DNA of 63,916 nt, the filler included, from Dicyema japonicum (lineage: Eukaryota; Animalia; Dicyemida): the NCBI GenBank assembly GCA_011109175.1. It is 10 parts of 10 records of this genome, joined end to end, with 100 filler letters (N's around TTAATTAATTAA, not from the genome) between each part and the next. Parts side by side here need not be neighbours in the genome. Positions count along the whole stretch, not along the records: positions 60,189 to 63,916 come from RDEW01000074.1; 9 more parts are not named here. One strand, 5' to 3'. Position 1 is the first letter of the stretch; every line of letters begins with the position of its first letter. The translations under genes were made by a program, and so were the position numbers. The notes below the pieces were generated by a model. The model saw only the letters and a list, made by a program, of their open reading frames with translations. It had not been told where the DNA came from and did no database searches. Below are positions 62,995 through 63,916 of this stretch, one piece after another.

Positions 62995-63916
62995 AAAAAT
63001 TGAAAACGTCGTCTTTAGTCGGATTCTTATGTAAAATTGGGATTCACTAAAGTTGTCACCTCAAATAATGAAATCAAGGCAAAATGCATGATTTGCGTAT
63101 AATTTGATTCACAGCAAAAGCTTGAATGGTTTAATTAATCCCAAGATAAACCGAGATTAGAAGCATCATATGCTTTAATTTTAATTTATATCTAAAACAA
63201 ATAGGTCTCGATTATTGCAATAAACAAAGCTGCACATAAATCTGGGAAAAAGTTAATTAAATCAGCGCTCTTTGAAATGGCTCGAATTTTATTTGCTCTT
63301 AGATGCAGTTACCAAACTTGAGCACGTACCATTATCCAACGATTCAATTTCCCGTAGAATTTCAGAATTGTCATGTGATATCCTGGACCAATTAATGAAA
63401 CGAATCAGATGCAGGATAAGTATCCAATTGGACGAGTCAACTGACATTTCTAACGTCTGTCAGCTTGTGTTTTATGTTCGCTTTGTTGATCATGTGAATA
63501 TTATTGATGAGTTTTTATTTTGTTTGGAGATGGATGGACACACTTGTGGAGGGGACATCTTTAATATTTTTGGCAATTTATGAAGACGAATAAAATCCAA
63601 TGGGATAAAGTTGGATCTAGTACTGATGGTGCACCTGCGATGATTGGTCATCAATATGGACTTGTTACTCGTACTAAGGATTTGGTTCCTGATATTGTTA
63701 CAAGACATTGTGCATTGCACAAATATGCACTTTGTTCAAAAACTATGTGTTCGTAGTTAAGAGAAACACTAAACACTGTTGTAAAAGCGATAAACTATAT
63801 TCGAAGTAAATTTATTCTGAACAAACAAGATCAGAAATCTCACTGAATTACTGTTAGATTGTCTGTTATTTTCAAAATGTTCATGTTATTTTTATATAAT
63901 AAATAGTCGAACATGT
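62995..63916 (+). mobile_element. hAT Buster/Charlie copy, same family as 60189-60812
   Basis: VPLSNDSISRRI, IQLDESTD, TDGAPAMIG, HCALH, ending KQDQKSH. Confidence 0.85.

Overview
AT-rich eukaryotic (animal) scaffold, not a prokaryotic locus. Host genes are compact and split by extremely short GT-AG introns (mostly 21-30 nt, one candidate of 17 nt), a style known from dicyemid mesozoans; the taxon is an inference. Recognisable host genes are a UBR1/2 N-recognin E3 ligase, a PNPLA6/7 (NTE) 3' part, a receptor-L-domain membrane protein, GNL3/nucleostemin, a LAMP-like protein, kappaB-Ras (NKIRAS), a DEP-only protein, NOP53 and a protocadherin-like gene. Between them lies a dense, nested set of mostly decayed transposons: APE-RT LINEs (one with a viral-type 2A/StopGo peptide), RTE, CRE-like and R4-like REL retrotransposons, hAT (Buster/Charlie, BED-type, CGGBP1/DUF659-like), Tc1/IS630 and Ginger elements, plus a tRNA-derived SINE family with a structured core. 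The assembly has many artefacts: N-gaps with a TTAATTAATTAA linker and about 90-290 bp tandem duplications.
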